Shown: positions 1 to 8,398, numbered from the stretch's first letter. The stretch: 55,447 nt of DNA from a virus (IMGVR_UViG_3300033150_000500:1-55447); one strand, 5' to 3'. The notes: a model not told the origin generated them from the letters alone. Numbers and translations: made by a program.

Positions 1-114
1 ATTGTGTACATTTCTTCATAAATAAAAAACCAGCCGTAGAATTGTAAAACGGTGCAATAATAACCGCATCACTCCTTTCGGTAGTGAAATTCATAGCTGG
101 ATTTATTTCGTTGT
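1..114. repeat. Terminal direct repeat, left copy (circular assembly overlap)
   Basis: 1-114 is identical to 55334-55447; the HNH-like gene and its leader read through the junction. Confidence 0.97.
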
Positions 115-135
115 GAATCATTATTGCTTGAATTT
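30..135 (-). ncRNA. Structured leader RNA, c4/CI-like antisense switch, upstream of HNH-like gene 54762-55352 (across the junction)
   Basis: Closing stem 30-35/95-100, GAAA-tetraloop hairpin 69-87, hairpin 50-66 whose loop is complementary to sites in 114-135. Confidence 0.55.
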
Positions 136-141
136 ACGTCT

Positions 142-172
142 GCAATATACAAAATGATTTGTTAATATGCAA
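142..172 (-). promoter_or_regulatory. Bacteroidota-type promoter
   Basis: Minus strand TTGC (169-172) and TATATTGC (142-149). Confidence 0.7.
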
Positions 173-180
173 GTTTTTTA

Positions 181-363
181 TTACTTATTTTCTTCTTTAT
201 AACAAATACCTTCAGATATTATAAATTCCCAATAAAATTTATAAGATGACCTTTCAGATTGTGGTTTACTAATAACTTCTACTTTTGTTTTTCTCGAAAA
301 CCCGACAAAGAATATTTTACCGATCTTTATTTCGTTTATATTTTCTACTTTAGTTAATTTCAT
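181..363 (-). CDS. Hypothetical protein, 60 aa
   Basis: ORF co-oriented and tightly packed in the operon. Confidence 0.6.
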   Translation of the reverse strand: MKLTKVENINEIKIGKIFFVGFSRKTKVEVISKPQSERSSYKFYWEFIISEGICYKEENK

Positions 364-369
364 CCCATT

Positions 370-885
370 TTAAGACTTAATAAAATTAAATTGTTGCTGT
401 ATTTTCCTTTCAATTAAACAAAGTGTATCATTATGATCACCCGCATGATTTACAATACATATTCCTATCTTTTCAAAACCCCTCTTTTTACCCATTCCCG
501 TTGTATCATATCCGTAACTGATAATAATTCCACCTTCTATTAAAATATCCGGCAATAGTGTCTTTATTTTTCTTAGTTCAGATGTATAAATTCCCATATA
601 TTTTTCTCTGCTTTTCCTTAAATTATACGGCGGGTCAAATACAATAGTGTTATATTCCCACCCATTTTCTTTTGCCATTTTAACAAACTCATAAGCATCC
701 ATATGATGATCAGCTGGCATTTCTTTATTTAGGTCAACACGTGTTTCATTAACACTTAATAACGTTTTCCCTGCAAACAAATTTAATACACTGCCAACAC
801 AATTTATCTCAGTCCATTGTTTTAATTTAGGCATTTCAAATGTATATTTTCTAGGCCCTTGTGATAAATATGTAAATTTAATCAT
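370..885 (-). CDS. DNA amino-methyltransferase (N6-A/N4-C type), small
   Basis: VLNLFAG SAM motif and VFDPPY catalytic motif; start placed at the MIKF ATG (885) just after the helicase stop. Confidence 0.75.
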   Translation of the reverse strand: MIKFTYLSQGPRKYTFEMPKLKQWTEINCVGSVLNLFAGKTLLSVNETRVDLNKEMPADHHMDAYEFVKMAKENGWEYNTIVFDPPYNLRKSREKYMGIYTSELRKIKTLLPDILIEGGIIISYGYDTTGMGKKRGFEKIGICIVNHAGDHNDTLCLIERKIQQQFNFIKS

Positions 886-886
886 A

Positions 887-1819
887 CTAAAATGGATTAT
901 CGTTTGTAAATAATTCATCAATATCAGCAGAACCCTGCCCGTAATCTTCATCAAACGGCGTTCCTTTTGCATCAAAATATCTGTTTCGTTGGCGGTTAAA
1001 ATTCAGGGTTACTTCACCACGCACCCCAACTATTTTCTGTTTTTTAATCTTTGCAAACTTTAAAATAATCTCATTGTTTTCAGGATCGCTTTCAGAATAT
1101 GGTCTATGGGTGAATATGATATTATCTGCGTTGTTATTCCATTTTACACCCCCTGCGATATGTCCCACGTTAGGCATATTAAAGTCGCCTAAATCGTTTG
1201 TGGTTACCGTAGAATTGGTATGAGTAATTATATCATAATATATATCGTTTCTTATCGCAAATCGCTTACAGGTCTTTAAAAACATACTAACATAGCGATC
1301 ATCCCTGCCCTGGGTTGCCTCCCAGTTATTTTCAAGCTGATCGAACGGGTCAATACAAACACCTTGCACGCCTGCGTCTTTTATCAGCAACTCAAAACGG
1401 TCATTAATATAATCAGGTGAAGGACTTGCGTCTTGTGGGTAGACATAGAAAAAATGCTTATTTACCCATTTCATCGCAGCGAAATAAACATCTTCATTCA
1501 TGTATTTTTTATTTGGATATAGGCCGGTAAGCATGTGTATTAAATCATCATAGAAAAAGTCAGGCGGGTCTTGTTCGGGTGAAAATACAGCAAACTTAGT
1601 ACCGTTGAATTTAGCTAAAAGCACGGCAAATTGAAAATATACCGTTGACTTACCATGCCCACCGATACCAGCAAATACAGTTACATCCTTTTTATACCAG
1701 TTATAATGTTTGTTGATTACAGAAAACCCAGTTGAAATAATGTCGCGTTCACGTTCACCCCGGAACCCGTCTATCATGGATTCGCGGCAGTCATCGCAAT
1801 ATGTGACGTCTTTAACCAC
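887..1819 (-). CDS. DnaB/Twinkle-like replicative helicase domain
   Basis: STGF, Walker A AGIGGHGKST, FSPEQ, Walker B VCIDP, ITH, ADN motifs; acidic tail ending NPF; no primase domain. Confidence 0.85.
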   Translation of the reverse strand: MVKDVTYCDDCRESMIDGFRGERERDIISTGFSVINKHYNWYKKDVTVFAGIGGHGKSTVYFQFAVLLAKFNGTKFAVFSPEQDPPDFFYDDLIHMLTGLYPNKKYMNEDVYFAAMKWVNKHFFYVYPQDASPSPDYINDRFELLIKDAGVQGVCIDPFDQLENNWEATQGRDDRYVSMFLKTCKRFAIRNDIYYDIITHTNSTVTTNDLGDFNMPNVGHIAGGVKWNNNADNIIFTHRPYSESDPENNEIILKFAKIKKQKIVGVRGEVTLNFNRQRNRYFDAKGTPFDEDYGQGSADIDELFTNDNPF

Positions 1820-1834
1820 TTGATTTAGCTTTAA

Positions 1835-2113
1835 TTAAATGTCAGTATTATCAATATCTAATAAATATATTAAATCCATCATTTCGCTTGCCTGCCATTC
1901 ATTTTCAATATTAAATCCTGTTTCGGTATCAAATAACTGATCCTGAATTTTTTCATCTTTTACCTTTACTCCCCACCAATTATGATCTGATGCTAAAGTT
2001 AATATATCCTTATTGTCTATTATGGTTTTTATTTTATCGCGAAAATTCATTTTATTAAACTTAATTGCCATCCGTTGGTATTGTTCTAAAGTAAATATTC
2101 TCATTTCTTCCAT
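1835..2113 (-). CDS. Hypothetical protein
   Basis: ORF in operon context. Confidence 0.7.
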   Translation of the reverse strand: MEEMRIFTLEQYQRMAIKFNKMNFRDKIKTIIDNKDILTLASDHNWWGVKVKDEKIQDQLFDTETGFNIENEWQASEMMDLIYLLDIDNTDI

Positions 2114-2117
2114 AGCT

Positions 2118-2408
2118 TTATTTTTTAACTAATTTTTCTTCCAGTTCATCAAGCTTAACCGTGTTCAGAAGTGCCATTTTAAGTGCTGAGTGTTCTATTC
2201 TGATTTCCCTTTGGTCGCCAAGTTCAAGCATTAACTGCTCGTTATCAAGTTCAATCTGCGAAATATGTTTTTCCTGAATTTCTGTTATCAGGTTAAAAGA
2301 TTTTACAGCCTCACTTATTAATTCTTTTCCGGCTTTGTCGGTCTGCACTTCTTTTAGACCTCGCAGGGCGTGGGAGTGTTTGCGCTTTATTGTTTCGTAG
2401 TCGGTCAT
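2118..2408 (-). CDS. Hypothetical coiled-coil protein
   Basis: ORF; TAATG overlap with the upstream methyltransferase. Confidence 0.7.
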   Translation of the reverse strand: MTDYETIKRKHSHALRGLKEVQTDKAGKELISEAVKSFNLITEIQEKHISQIELDNEQLMLELGDQREIRIEHSALKMALLNTVKLDELEEKLVKK

Positions 2409-3166
2409 TAAAATAATTGTAATTGCCTTTTATAATTATCCAACCTTTTACTTGCTGCATCAAAATATTCCTTATCTATCTCGTATGCTGTTAAATCAAA
2501 TCCTAAATCCCAACAGGCTATCGCTATTGAGCCTGAGCCTAAATGGGTGTCAATGATTTTAGGTTTTACAACACCATCACCTCTACATATATTACAGGTT
2601 TGAACATCACAATCAATAGATAAACTTTCAACCTCACCACTACCACCACATTGTTTACAAATAACATCCTTAGTATAATTATTAAGTAGCCATTTATAAA
2701 GATATACTGGCTTTTGTGTTGGATGTATTCTGTCTTTTCCCCCGCTTGTTTCCGCTTTACTGCTTTTAGTTACCTTTAATAATTGCCTATCAAATGAAGT
2801 CCACGCTAATTCTCCATGAGAAAAATTAAATGTTTTATCAAATAATTTATCCCAGAACACCCATCCCTTACTTGGTTTTAAATATTCAGTAAAATAATTA
2901 CCACCCCAAACAATTTGGTTTTTACTTATCCTAAATAACTCCTTCCAATATTCAGAGTTTGGGATTTTATTATCCCATTTTTTTTGGATATATTTATCCT
3001 TTTTATTCCACGTACTTGGTCTGTCTGGTTTCCTTATGCGTATATCACCATCAATACCTATCCCATACGGCGGATCAATAATGGCTAAATCGTACTCATT
3101 ATCCTGCATTAATTTCATGGCAGGTAGGCAGTCGGTATTATACAGATTTATACTTGCTCGTTCCAT
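2408..3166 (-). CDS. DNA methyltransferase, N6_N4 beta class, with inserted Zn finger
   Basis: DCL, IIDPPYG, HPTQKP and IIDTHLGSGS motifs; CKQCGGSG...CNICRGDG insertion. Confidence 0.9.
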   Translation of the reverse strand: MERASINLYNTDCLPAMKLMQDNEYDLAIIDPPYGIGIDGDIRIRKPDRPSTWNKKDKYIQKKWDNKIPNSEYWKELFRISKNQIVWGGNYFTEYLKPSKGWVFWDKLFDKTFNFSHGELAWTSFDRQLLKVTKSSKAETSGGKDRIHPTQKPVYLYKWLLNNYTKDVICKQCGGSGEVESLSIDCDVQTCNICRGDGVVKPKIIDTHLGSGSIAIACWDLGFDLTAYEIDKEYFDAASKRLDNYKRQLQLF

Positions 3167-4071
3167 TTTCCTAATGCTTTAACTTCTTTAATAAACCAAT
3201 CGGGATATTTTTGCCCGTCCATATCAAGCCAATCCATTCTAAATTCTTTATCAAGTGTTACCTGATCTAATGGCATAGGCATTGATGTATAATATATGAG
3301 TGGGTTTTCGCTGCGATCTTTTTTCTTAGGCTGTGATTCTGTTTTTATCCATTCTCTATCAAATCCTGACCAGCTATTTTCTGCTGCGATTTTAATACAT
3401 TCATTTGCTGACAAGCCGGATAATTCTATTTTAGATTTTAGTTTATTAAAAGCCGTTAGGCTGTTGGTTGCTTTTTTGTTTTTACGGACGTTTAGCCAGT
3501 CATTTAATATTTGCTTATCAATACCTATTTCTAAAAATGATTTTTTGAAGTCAAAATTTTCATCTTCATCTACTTCTTCATCTTCATCTTTATTTCTATT
3601 TATATATAGCTTAAGTTTTTGCTTAAGCACTTGCTTAAGCACTTGCTTGTTTTTTATATCAATAGAATTAATATCAATTTCCTTTTTAATAAACTCAATT
3701 TGGTCATTATCTACTTTAAACTCAGCTTTTAAAAATTTAATTATATATCCAAGTGTGCCAGATTTTGTACGTTTTTCTTTAAACAGCTTTCTTTTCCTTA
3801 AAATTTCATTTGCTTTACCATTCTCAAGTCTGCCATTTTCATTTTCTGGAAACTTTTGCTTAAGCACTTGCTCAAACACTTGCTTAAATCTTTCAAATTC
3901 AGAAACCCTCACATCAGCTAAATTTGCTAACTCTTCAATATCATTCGGTAGATTTCCTTTATCGTATTGATGAAGTATTAAATTCAAATACCATCCCCTT
4001 GTATCAGCTTGCATTTCTTTTGTGCTTACAAGCCACGTATCAATGTAAAATAAAACTGCTGGATCTTTCAT
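3148..4071 (-). CDS. Replication initiator (DUF1376/YdaU-like N-terminus, lambda O-like organisation)
   Basis: N-terminal PAVLFYIDTWL...RGWYLNLI; acidic linker; C-terminal DW..VRK.KK and NSWSG domain; internal iterons. Confidence 0.75.
   Translation of the reverse strand: MKDPAVLFYIDTWLVSTKEMQADTRGWYLNLILHQYDKGNLPNDIEELANLADVRVSEFERFKQVFEQVLKQKFPENENGRLENGKANEILRKRKLFKEKRTKSGTLGYIIKFLKAEFKVDNDQIEFIKKEIDINSIDIKNKQVLKQVLKQKLKLYINRNKDEDEEVDEDENFDFKKSFLEIGIDKQILNDWLNVRKNKKATNSLTAFNKLKSKIELSGLSANECIKIAAENSWSGFDREWIKTESQPKKKDRSENPLIYYTSMPMPLDQVTLDKEFRMDWLDMDGQKYPDWFIKEVKALGKWNEQV
3619..3648. repeat. 12-bp tandem repeats (TTGCTTAAGCAC), candidate ori iterons, block 1
   Basis: Seen directly; encode KQVLKQVLKQ inside the initiator gene. 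Confidence 0.6.
3856..3887. repeat. 12-bp tandem repeats, candidate ori iterons, block 2
   Basis: TTGCTTAAGCAC-TTGCTCAAACAC-TTGCTTAA. Confidence 0.55.
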
Positions 4072-4072
4072 T

Positions 4073-4200
4073 GTGTTACATTATAAAAGAAGCAACCAGT
4101 GCAGGGTGTAACACTAAACCGATCCAGCGGAAAGGAAGTCCTGCAAAGGTTGCCGATATTTAAAATATGATTTTCCAATATTAGATCAATTTAATGTTAC
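4073..4200 (-). ncRNA. Structured leader/antisense switch upstream of the replication initiator
   Basis: Stems 4092-4097/4148-4153 and 4100-4105/4140-4145; 4108-4124 pairs with 4184-4200 (17 bp, 3 G-U); 4107-4114 pairs with 4073-4080 next to the ATG. Confidence 0.55.
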
Positions 4201-4205
4201 GAAGT

Positions 4206-4213
4206 GCAATATA
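4206..4213 (-). promoter_or_regulatory. Bacteroidota-type -7 promoter element
   Basis: TATATTGC on the minus strand in an intergenic gap. Confidence 0.6.
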
Positions 4214-4256
4214 CGACATTTTTTGCTAAATTGATGGATTAGTTATTAACACTTAT

Positions 4257-4490
4257 TTATTCAGTAATTCCGATTTTATCCAGAAACTTTTTAGCGTATT
4301 CGCCTGCTCTTTTCATTGAAAACTCACCGCGATCTTTATTCTTATATTCAACTCTATTAATATCAGTTAACAATCTATCAACTAATTCGGTAGTTTCTTT
4401 TAGGTTTTCAAATCTATCATCATCGGTGTTTGTTTCACCTACCGGATCTATTTCACCGATTAATTTTTTAACAATATCGTAAATTTCCAT
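4257..4490 (-). CDS. Conserved-looking small phage hypothetical protein
   Basis: LIGEIDPVGETNTDDDRFENL-type sequence; operon context. Confidence 0.7.
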   Translation of the reverse strand: MEIYDIVKKLIGEIDPVGETNTDDDRFENLKETTELVDRLLTDINRVEYKNKDRGEFSMKRAGEYAKKFLDKIGITE

Positions 4491-4499
4491 AACTATATT

Positions 4500-4841
4500 T
4501 TATTTTAAATAATAATTACACTCAAAGAGTTCTACATTCGAGCAGTTGCAAATTACTGAATCATTGACCAGTATTCCGGCGTTCATAGGCCATTGCCAGC
4601 AGCTTACTATTAGCATAAGATCAATGTTGCCGTTGCTGTAAAATGTCGTATCAAAGTGGCCTGATATATAATGTTTATTGCAGGCATCGTTCATTCCGTA
4701 CCTGATGAAAGCACTGTCTGAGTTTACAAAGTAGCGTATGATGTACGTAGAATCGCAGGGGGTTATCGTTGGTTTAATACTCTCTTTTTCACAGCCCATA
4801 AATGGCAGGATGAATAAAAAAATAAGAAGTAGATTTTTCAT
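4500..4841 (-). CDS. Lipoprotein
   Basis: MKNLLLIFLFILPFMG-C lipobox followed by EKE. Confidence 0.75.
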   Translation of the reverse strand: MKNLLLIFLFILPFMGCEKESIKPTITPCDSTYIIRYFVNSDSAFIRYGMNDACNKHYISGHFDTTFYSNGNIDLMLIVSCWQWPMNAGILVNDSVICNCSNVELFECNYYLK

Positions 4842-4852
4842 AGCTTTAAGTT

Positions 4853-5257
4853 TTATTTAATTTTTACGCCAACACCCACAAGGGTATTGACTGTCCTAAA
4901 TTCATTTGTCCCTATCCCAAGCTGCAAATAGACACTTTTCCAGCCAAGTAAAGCCCCTAATTCACAGCCATAACCAACCCTGTTTTCAGCCTCATCGTAT
5001 AACGTACCAGAGCCGGCAGCATAAAGCATCACGGGGGTAGATAATGAAAAGGTAATCCCTGCCTGTCCCGAAGCGTCCGTTCCCTCAAAACGCCCTGCTA
5101 AATAAACACCTACCTTATCAGGCGTGGCAGTCATAGTAAAGCCTATCATTGGCTTATCTGAGTGACCGACCTGAACGCCCATAGTGATCTGGCAGGTTAC
5201 CATTGAAGGCGTTAGAAGTGTAATTATCAAAACTAAAATTAGTAGGGTTGTTTTCAT
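4853..5257 (-). CDS. Exported small beta-barrel-like outer-membrane protein
   Basis: Signal peptide ending VTC-Q; about 8 amphipathic Gly/aromatic strands ending VGVGVKIK. Confidence 0.6.
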   Translation of the reverse strand: MKTTLLILVLIITLLTPSMVTCQITMGVQVGHSDKPMIGFTMTATPDKVGVYLAGRFEGTDASGQAGITFSLSTPVMLYAAGSGTLYDEAENRVGYGCELGALLGWKSVYLQLGIGTNEFRTVNTLVGVGVKIK

Positions 5258-5271
5258 GGGTTTAGTTTTAA

Positions 5272-5481
5272 TTATTTATCATTCCGTAAATTATCCAGAT
5301 CAGCCACATTAGTTCTTTTTGTATAGTCATCAAATAAAGCGGCTCCGATTTTATCCCAGCTTATCCAAAATCTATCAGCTTTTATATTTCCTGTTTTAAG
5401 TGCTGCCTTTTTATTTAAGTGTAAGGTGACGCCACTTTTATTGGCGTTACTAAATTCTGTTATGATTATTTCTTTTTCCAT
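5272..5481 (-). CDS. Hypothetical protein
   Basis: ORF in operon context. Confidence 0.65.
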   Translation of the reverse strand: MEKEIIITEFSNANKSGVTLHLNKKAALKTGNIKADRFWISWDKIGAALFDDYTKRTNVADLDNLRNDK

Positions 5482-5485
5482 ATCT

Positions 5486-5986
5486 TTAAAGTTTAATATA
5501 TTTAGATTCCGGTTTACTCAATACTTCATACCTAACTTTCCCTTCTGCTGCTAATTGTCGCAAATATCGAAGGACTGTATCTGTATGTCTTTCCTTACAT
5601 TTTGCTTTATCCAGACAATAAGAGGCTAATTGAGTACCTGAGAACTTACCATTTTTACGGATGGCTTTCAGGTAAACCAGGATGTACTTGCGGATCTTTT
5701 GGCGGTCTGAGGTTTTGGGTTTAAGGTTTTTTGTGTAAGTTTTTCCCATATAACTGAACCATTTAGTGGTGAGGTCAAGATAGAATTTCTGGGCTTGTTC
5801 GTAGCTGTCTTCACTTCTGGAGGTTTTATTCCATTGAAAAGCTGATGAAATATAATCTCCAGGTTCGGTGGTATCCAAAAATTCATCAAAGGTTTTGTCT
5901 GCACGGAAGCCGTGTTCTTTAAAATCGTACTCAAATTCGGAGAGCATGTTTTCTAATCGCAGGAAGGTTTTAAATTTATCTTTCAT
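5486..5986 (-). CDS. Two-domain protein with C-terminal winged-helix-like domain
   Basis: DTVLRYLRQL..EGKVRYEV..SKY; N-terminal domain paralogous to 6543-6779. Confidence 0.6.
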   Translation of the reverse strand: MKDKFKTFLRLENMLSEFEYDFKEHGFRADKTFDEFLDTTEPGDYISSAFQWNKTSRSEDSYEQAQKFYLDLTTKWFSYMGKTYTKNLKPKTSDRQKIRKYILVYLKAIRKNGKFSGTQLASYCLDKAKCKERHTDTVLRYLRQLAAEGKVRYEVLSKPESKYIKL

Positions 5987-6012
5987 GGTATGTTATTTAG
6001 ATTGTTTATAAA

Positions 6013-6255
6013 TTAGAAGGGCAGATCATCTTTTTCATCCGGCTCTTTTTGCTCCGGGTTCGGTGTGAACTCTGAGGCATTGCCAAGTATAATACTGTCT
6101 TCATCCTTTTCGGTTTGCTGTTTAATCATGTAGTCGGAATATTGACTGTTTGGTGTTGGGATTAAAACTATGTTTAAGTAGTTTCCCTTTTTGCCTTTGA
6201 AGATGCGTTTCTGATCAACGGCATCCATGTTTATTTTGCCTGTAATTAGTTTCAT
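6013..6255 (-). CDS. Putative single-stranded DNA-binding protein
   Basis: GKKGNYLNI...ILGN core, acidic DDLPF tail, near the recombinase. Confidence 0.6.
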   Translation of the reverse strand: MKLITGKINMDAVDQKRIFKGKKGNYLNIVLIPTPNSQYSDYMIKQQTEKDEDSIILGNASEFTPNPEQKEPDEKDDLPF

Positions 6256-6262
6256 ATTTCTA

Positions 6263-6538
6263 TTATTTAAGTGTATTTGAGATTTCGTTTACGATTACCT
6301 TAAATTCTTTAATATATTCAACGATTGTCATTGTGTCTTTTTCGCTCAATGTGTCGGCTGTGATTCTCTTTAGTAGGCTTTCAAATGTGTAGCCGTAGCC
6401 TATTAATATAGTTGTTTCGTACTTATCCCCAGCTTTATGCTCCTTGCTTTTTTCTGTGGCTGTTACTGTTTTTGTTTTATAAAGATCAAAACGGTCTCCA
6501 TCTGATATAGCTGTATAATTTTTAAAAGTTAGCTTCAT
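6263..6538 (-). CDS. Hypothetical protein
   Basis: ORF in operon context. Confidence 0.7.
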   Translation of the reverse strand: MKLTFKNYTAISDGDRFDLYKTKTVTATEKSKEHKAGDKYETTILIGYGYTFESLLKRITADTLSEKDTMTIVEYIKEFKVIVNEISNTLK

Positions 6539-6542
6539 GTCT

Positions 6543-6779
6543 TTATTTTTTAGTGTTGTTTACGATTTTGCGCCAATCTTCATCAATTTCATCCCAAAAG
6601 TCATAGTTTTCTGGGGTCTGATCCCAATAAAAGGCACTTATTAATAAATCAATTCCACCCTCCTCACTCTTACTATCAGAATATTCATCAAATGTTATAT
6701 CTCTATCAGATTTAAGGTTTCTCTCAAATTTAGAAAATATCCTTTTTGACTTCAAAAATTTAATAAATTCATCTTTCAT
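6543..6779 (-). CDS. Hypothetical protein (start corrected to MKDEF)
   Basis: ATGA overlap with the upstream 49-aa ORF; paralog of the N-terminus of 5486-5986. Confidence 0.7.
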   Translation of the reverse strand: MKDEFIKFLKSKRIFSKFERNLKSDRDITFDEYSDSKSEEGGIDLLISAFYWDQTPENYDFWDEIDEDWRKIVNNTKK

Positions 6780-6925
6780 AATGTCGTATTTTGGAAGGTA
6801 CAACCGCACAAGACGCATTGCACTACATGGTTATTAATTCGCTTGAAACTCTGGCTCCCGCAGAAGCATTTTAGTTCTACTTCATCGGGCTGGAGTTCTA
6901 TTATTCTATTAAGTTCCGGGTTCAT
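6776..6925 (-). CDS. 49-aa zinc-ribbon protein (absent from the ORF track)
   Basis: MNPELNRIIELQPDEVELKCFCGSQSFKRINNHVVQCVLCGCTFQNTTL; fills the gap with overlapping start/stop. Confidence 0.75.
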   Translation of the reverse strand: MNPELNRIIELQPDEVELKCFCGSQSFKRINNHVVQCVLCGCTFQNTTL

Positions 6926-7580
6926 TAATTCTGTTATCAAGGTCTTCTTTTAATGTTGGCTTTTGATTATCTTTTAAATAAGTAATACAATTATTTGCTC
7001 TTTTAGATGTCATATTGGGAACCTCAGCCTCTATCCCTTCTTTTATGTTTGTTTCAATAGTTGAGTTATGAAGCAGTGCATCTATTTTAACCATTTGCCA
7101 ATCAAGTATCATTTCATTATCTGGTGTGTTTAAATCTGGTTGGTAGATGTCATCTGATTTTCTATTAAGATCACGCCCAAATAAAACCCCAAGTGATTTA
7201 GATGCGTTTTTCAAGCACTCGCTTTTAAGGTGCGGGAAGTCTTTAACAAGTGTATTATAAATTTTCTTATCTACCTGAGTTACGCTACTTCCTTTGGCTA
7301 ATTGAATAGGAACAGCGCCAGCCCCCTCTCTAATAATCCAGCCCACATCAGGAATAAATACGTGCAATTCCAGTGAGCCGATTATTTCGTTTACAATTAC
7401 CTCCCATCTGAAGTTTTTTATTTGCCACAATCCAGAATACACATTATCAAGCTGTGCCTCGATTATTCCAATGGGGATATACTTTGCACCCCTTGCCTGC
7501 GTATTTACTTTGATATGCTTTTTCTCTGGCTTTTTTCCGAGCCTTGCGATCACTTCATTATACTTCGCTATTTCACTCAT
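6909..7580 (-). CDS. Rad52/Sak-like single-strand annealing recombinase
   Basis: YIPIG.IE..LD...SG.W, GAGAV, SECLKNASKSLG..FGRDLNR. Confidence 0.7.
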   Translation of the reverse strand: MSEIAKYNEVIARLGKKPEKKHIKVNTQARGAKYIPIGIIEAQLDNVYSGLWQIKNFRWEVIVNEIIGSLELHVFIPDVGWIIREGAGAVPIQLAKGSSVTQVDKKIYNTLVKDFPHLKSECLKNASKSLGVLFGRDLNRKSDDIYQPDLNTPDNEMILDWQMVKIDALLHNSTIETNIKEGIEAEVPNMTSKRANNCITYLKDNQKPTLKEDLDNRINEPGT

Positions 7581-7692
7581 TGTTTTTTATTTAAGGTTTG
7601 TAATCTTTCAAGTCGTGCCTGCTCTGGCGCCCTTAATCTGCGTTTGCGTTTCAGGGTTTTGTAATATTGTATGTAGGATGGGATGTTCATAT

Positions 7693-7914
7693 TTAGATTT
7701 TATCAAAGTTTAACGTATAATTTAATTTACCACTTTCCTTACATTCGTTATAATGCTTTTCACATAAGCCAAACGTAGGCACATTTGGAACTCCTGTAAT
7801 AATTGTTGTCTGCTTTTCTTTACATCCGGCAACATTACACCTACTTACATTCCATTGTAAAAATAATGGTATCATCATTAATCCGCCGGCTACTTCATCT
7901 CTGATTATATTCAT
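7693..7914 (-). CDS. Small zinc-finger protein
   Basis: CNVAGC...LCEKH. Confidence 0.65.
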   Translation of the reverse strand: MNIIRDEVAGGLMMIPLFLQWNVSRCNVAGCKEKQTTIITGVPNVPTFGLCEKHYNECKESGKLNYTLNFDKI

Positions 7915-7918
7915 AGTT

Positions 7919-8398
7919 TTATATATTTATATCGTTTCCCATTTCCTTAACTTTACCCCTGTCAATTATCGCCCTGCCAATAACCAGCCTTTTAGCCGCC
8001 TGAGTTAATTTAAGCAGCTCTAAGGTGAGATATGGGTGTGAGGGTATCTGAGTGCCCACCTTGTCAAATTCGGCCCTGATGAGCTTAAAAATAATATCGC
8101 AAAGTTCTGAATCCTCTTTGTATTCCAACATTTTTTGCTTGTAATTTTCCTTCATTTTCCGCATACTCCAGCCTATATAATAAAAACTGTTTTCTTCCAG
8201 CAATATCTTACAGTATTTACACCGCACAAAACCATCCTCTTCTTTAATAAAGTCAGCAACTCCGCACTGGCATATCACATCGCTATCGGGATGCTCTAAA
8301 CATTCCCGGCACATTGGATGCTGGATGCCGTCTGAATCGGTTACCTGTATGATGTCGGTTGAGGGTTCGCTGCAAAAAGCGCATTTAGTTTCTTCCAT
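7919..8398 (-). CDS. Zinc-finger protein
   Basis: CAFC, CREC, CQC, CKYC. Confidence 0.65.
   Translation of the reverse strand: MEETKCAFCSEPSTDIIQVTDSDGIQHPMCRECLEHPDSDVICQCGVADFIKEEDGFVRCKYCKILLEENSFYYIGWSMRKMKENYKQKMLEYKEDSELCDIIFKLIRAEFDKVGTQIPSHPYLTLELLKLTQAAKRLVIGRAIIDRGKVKEMGNDINI

Noticed and set aside
1-114. 114-bp terminal repeat as a biological DTR
   Set aside because: It cuts through a gene start and its leader; best explained as assembler overlap of a circular or permuted genome
3296-3970. 224-aa plus-strand ORF and the many other plus-strand ORFs
   Set aside because: Ser/Phe/Leu-rich antisense shadows of well-supported minus-strand genes
6820-6905. Apparent intergenic gap resembling a tRNA or ribozyme
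   Set aside because: Explained by a 49-aa zinc-ribbon ORF (6776-6925) with overlapping start/stop codons
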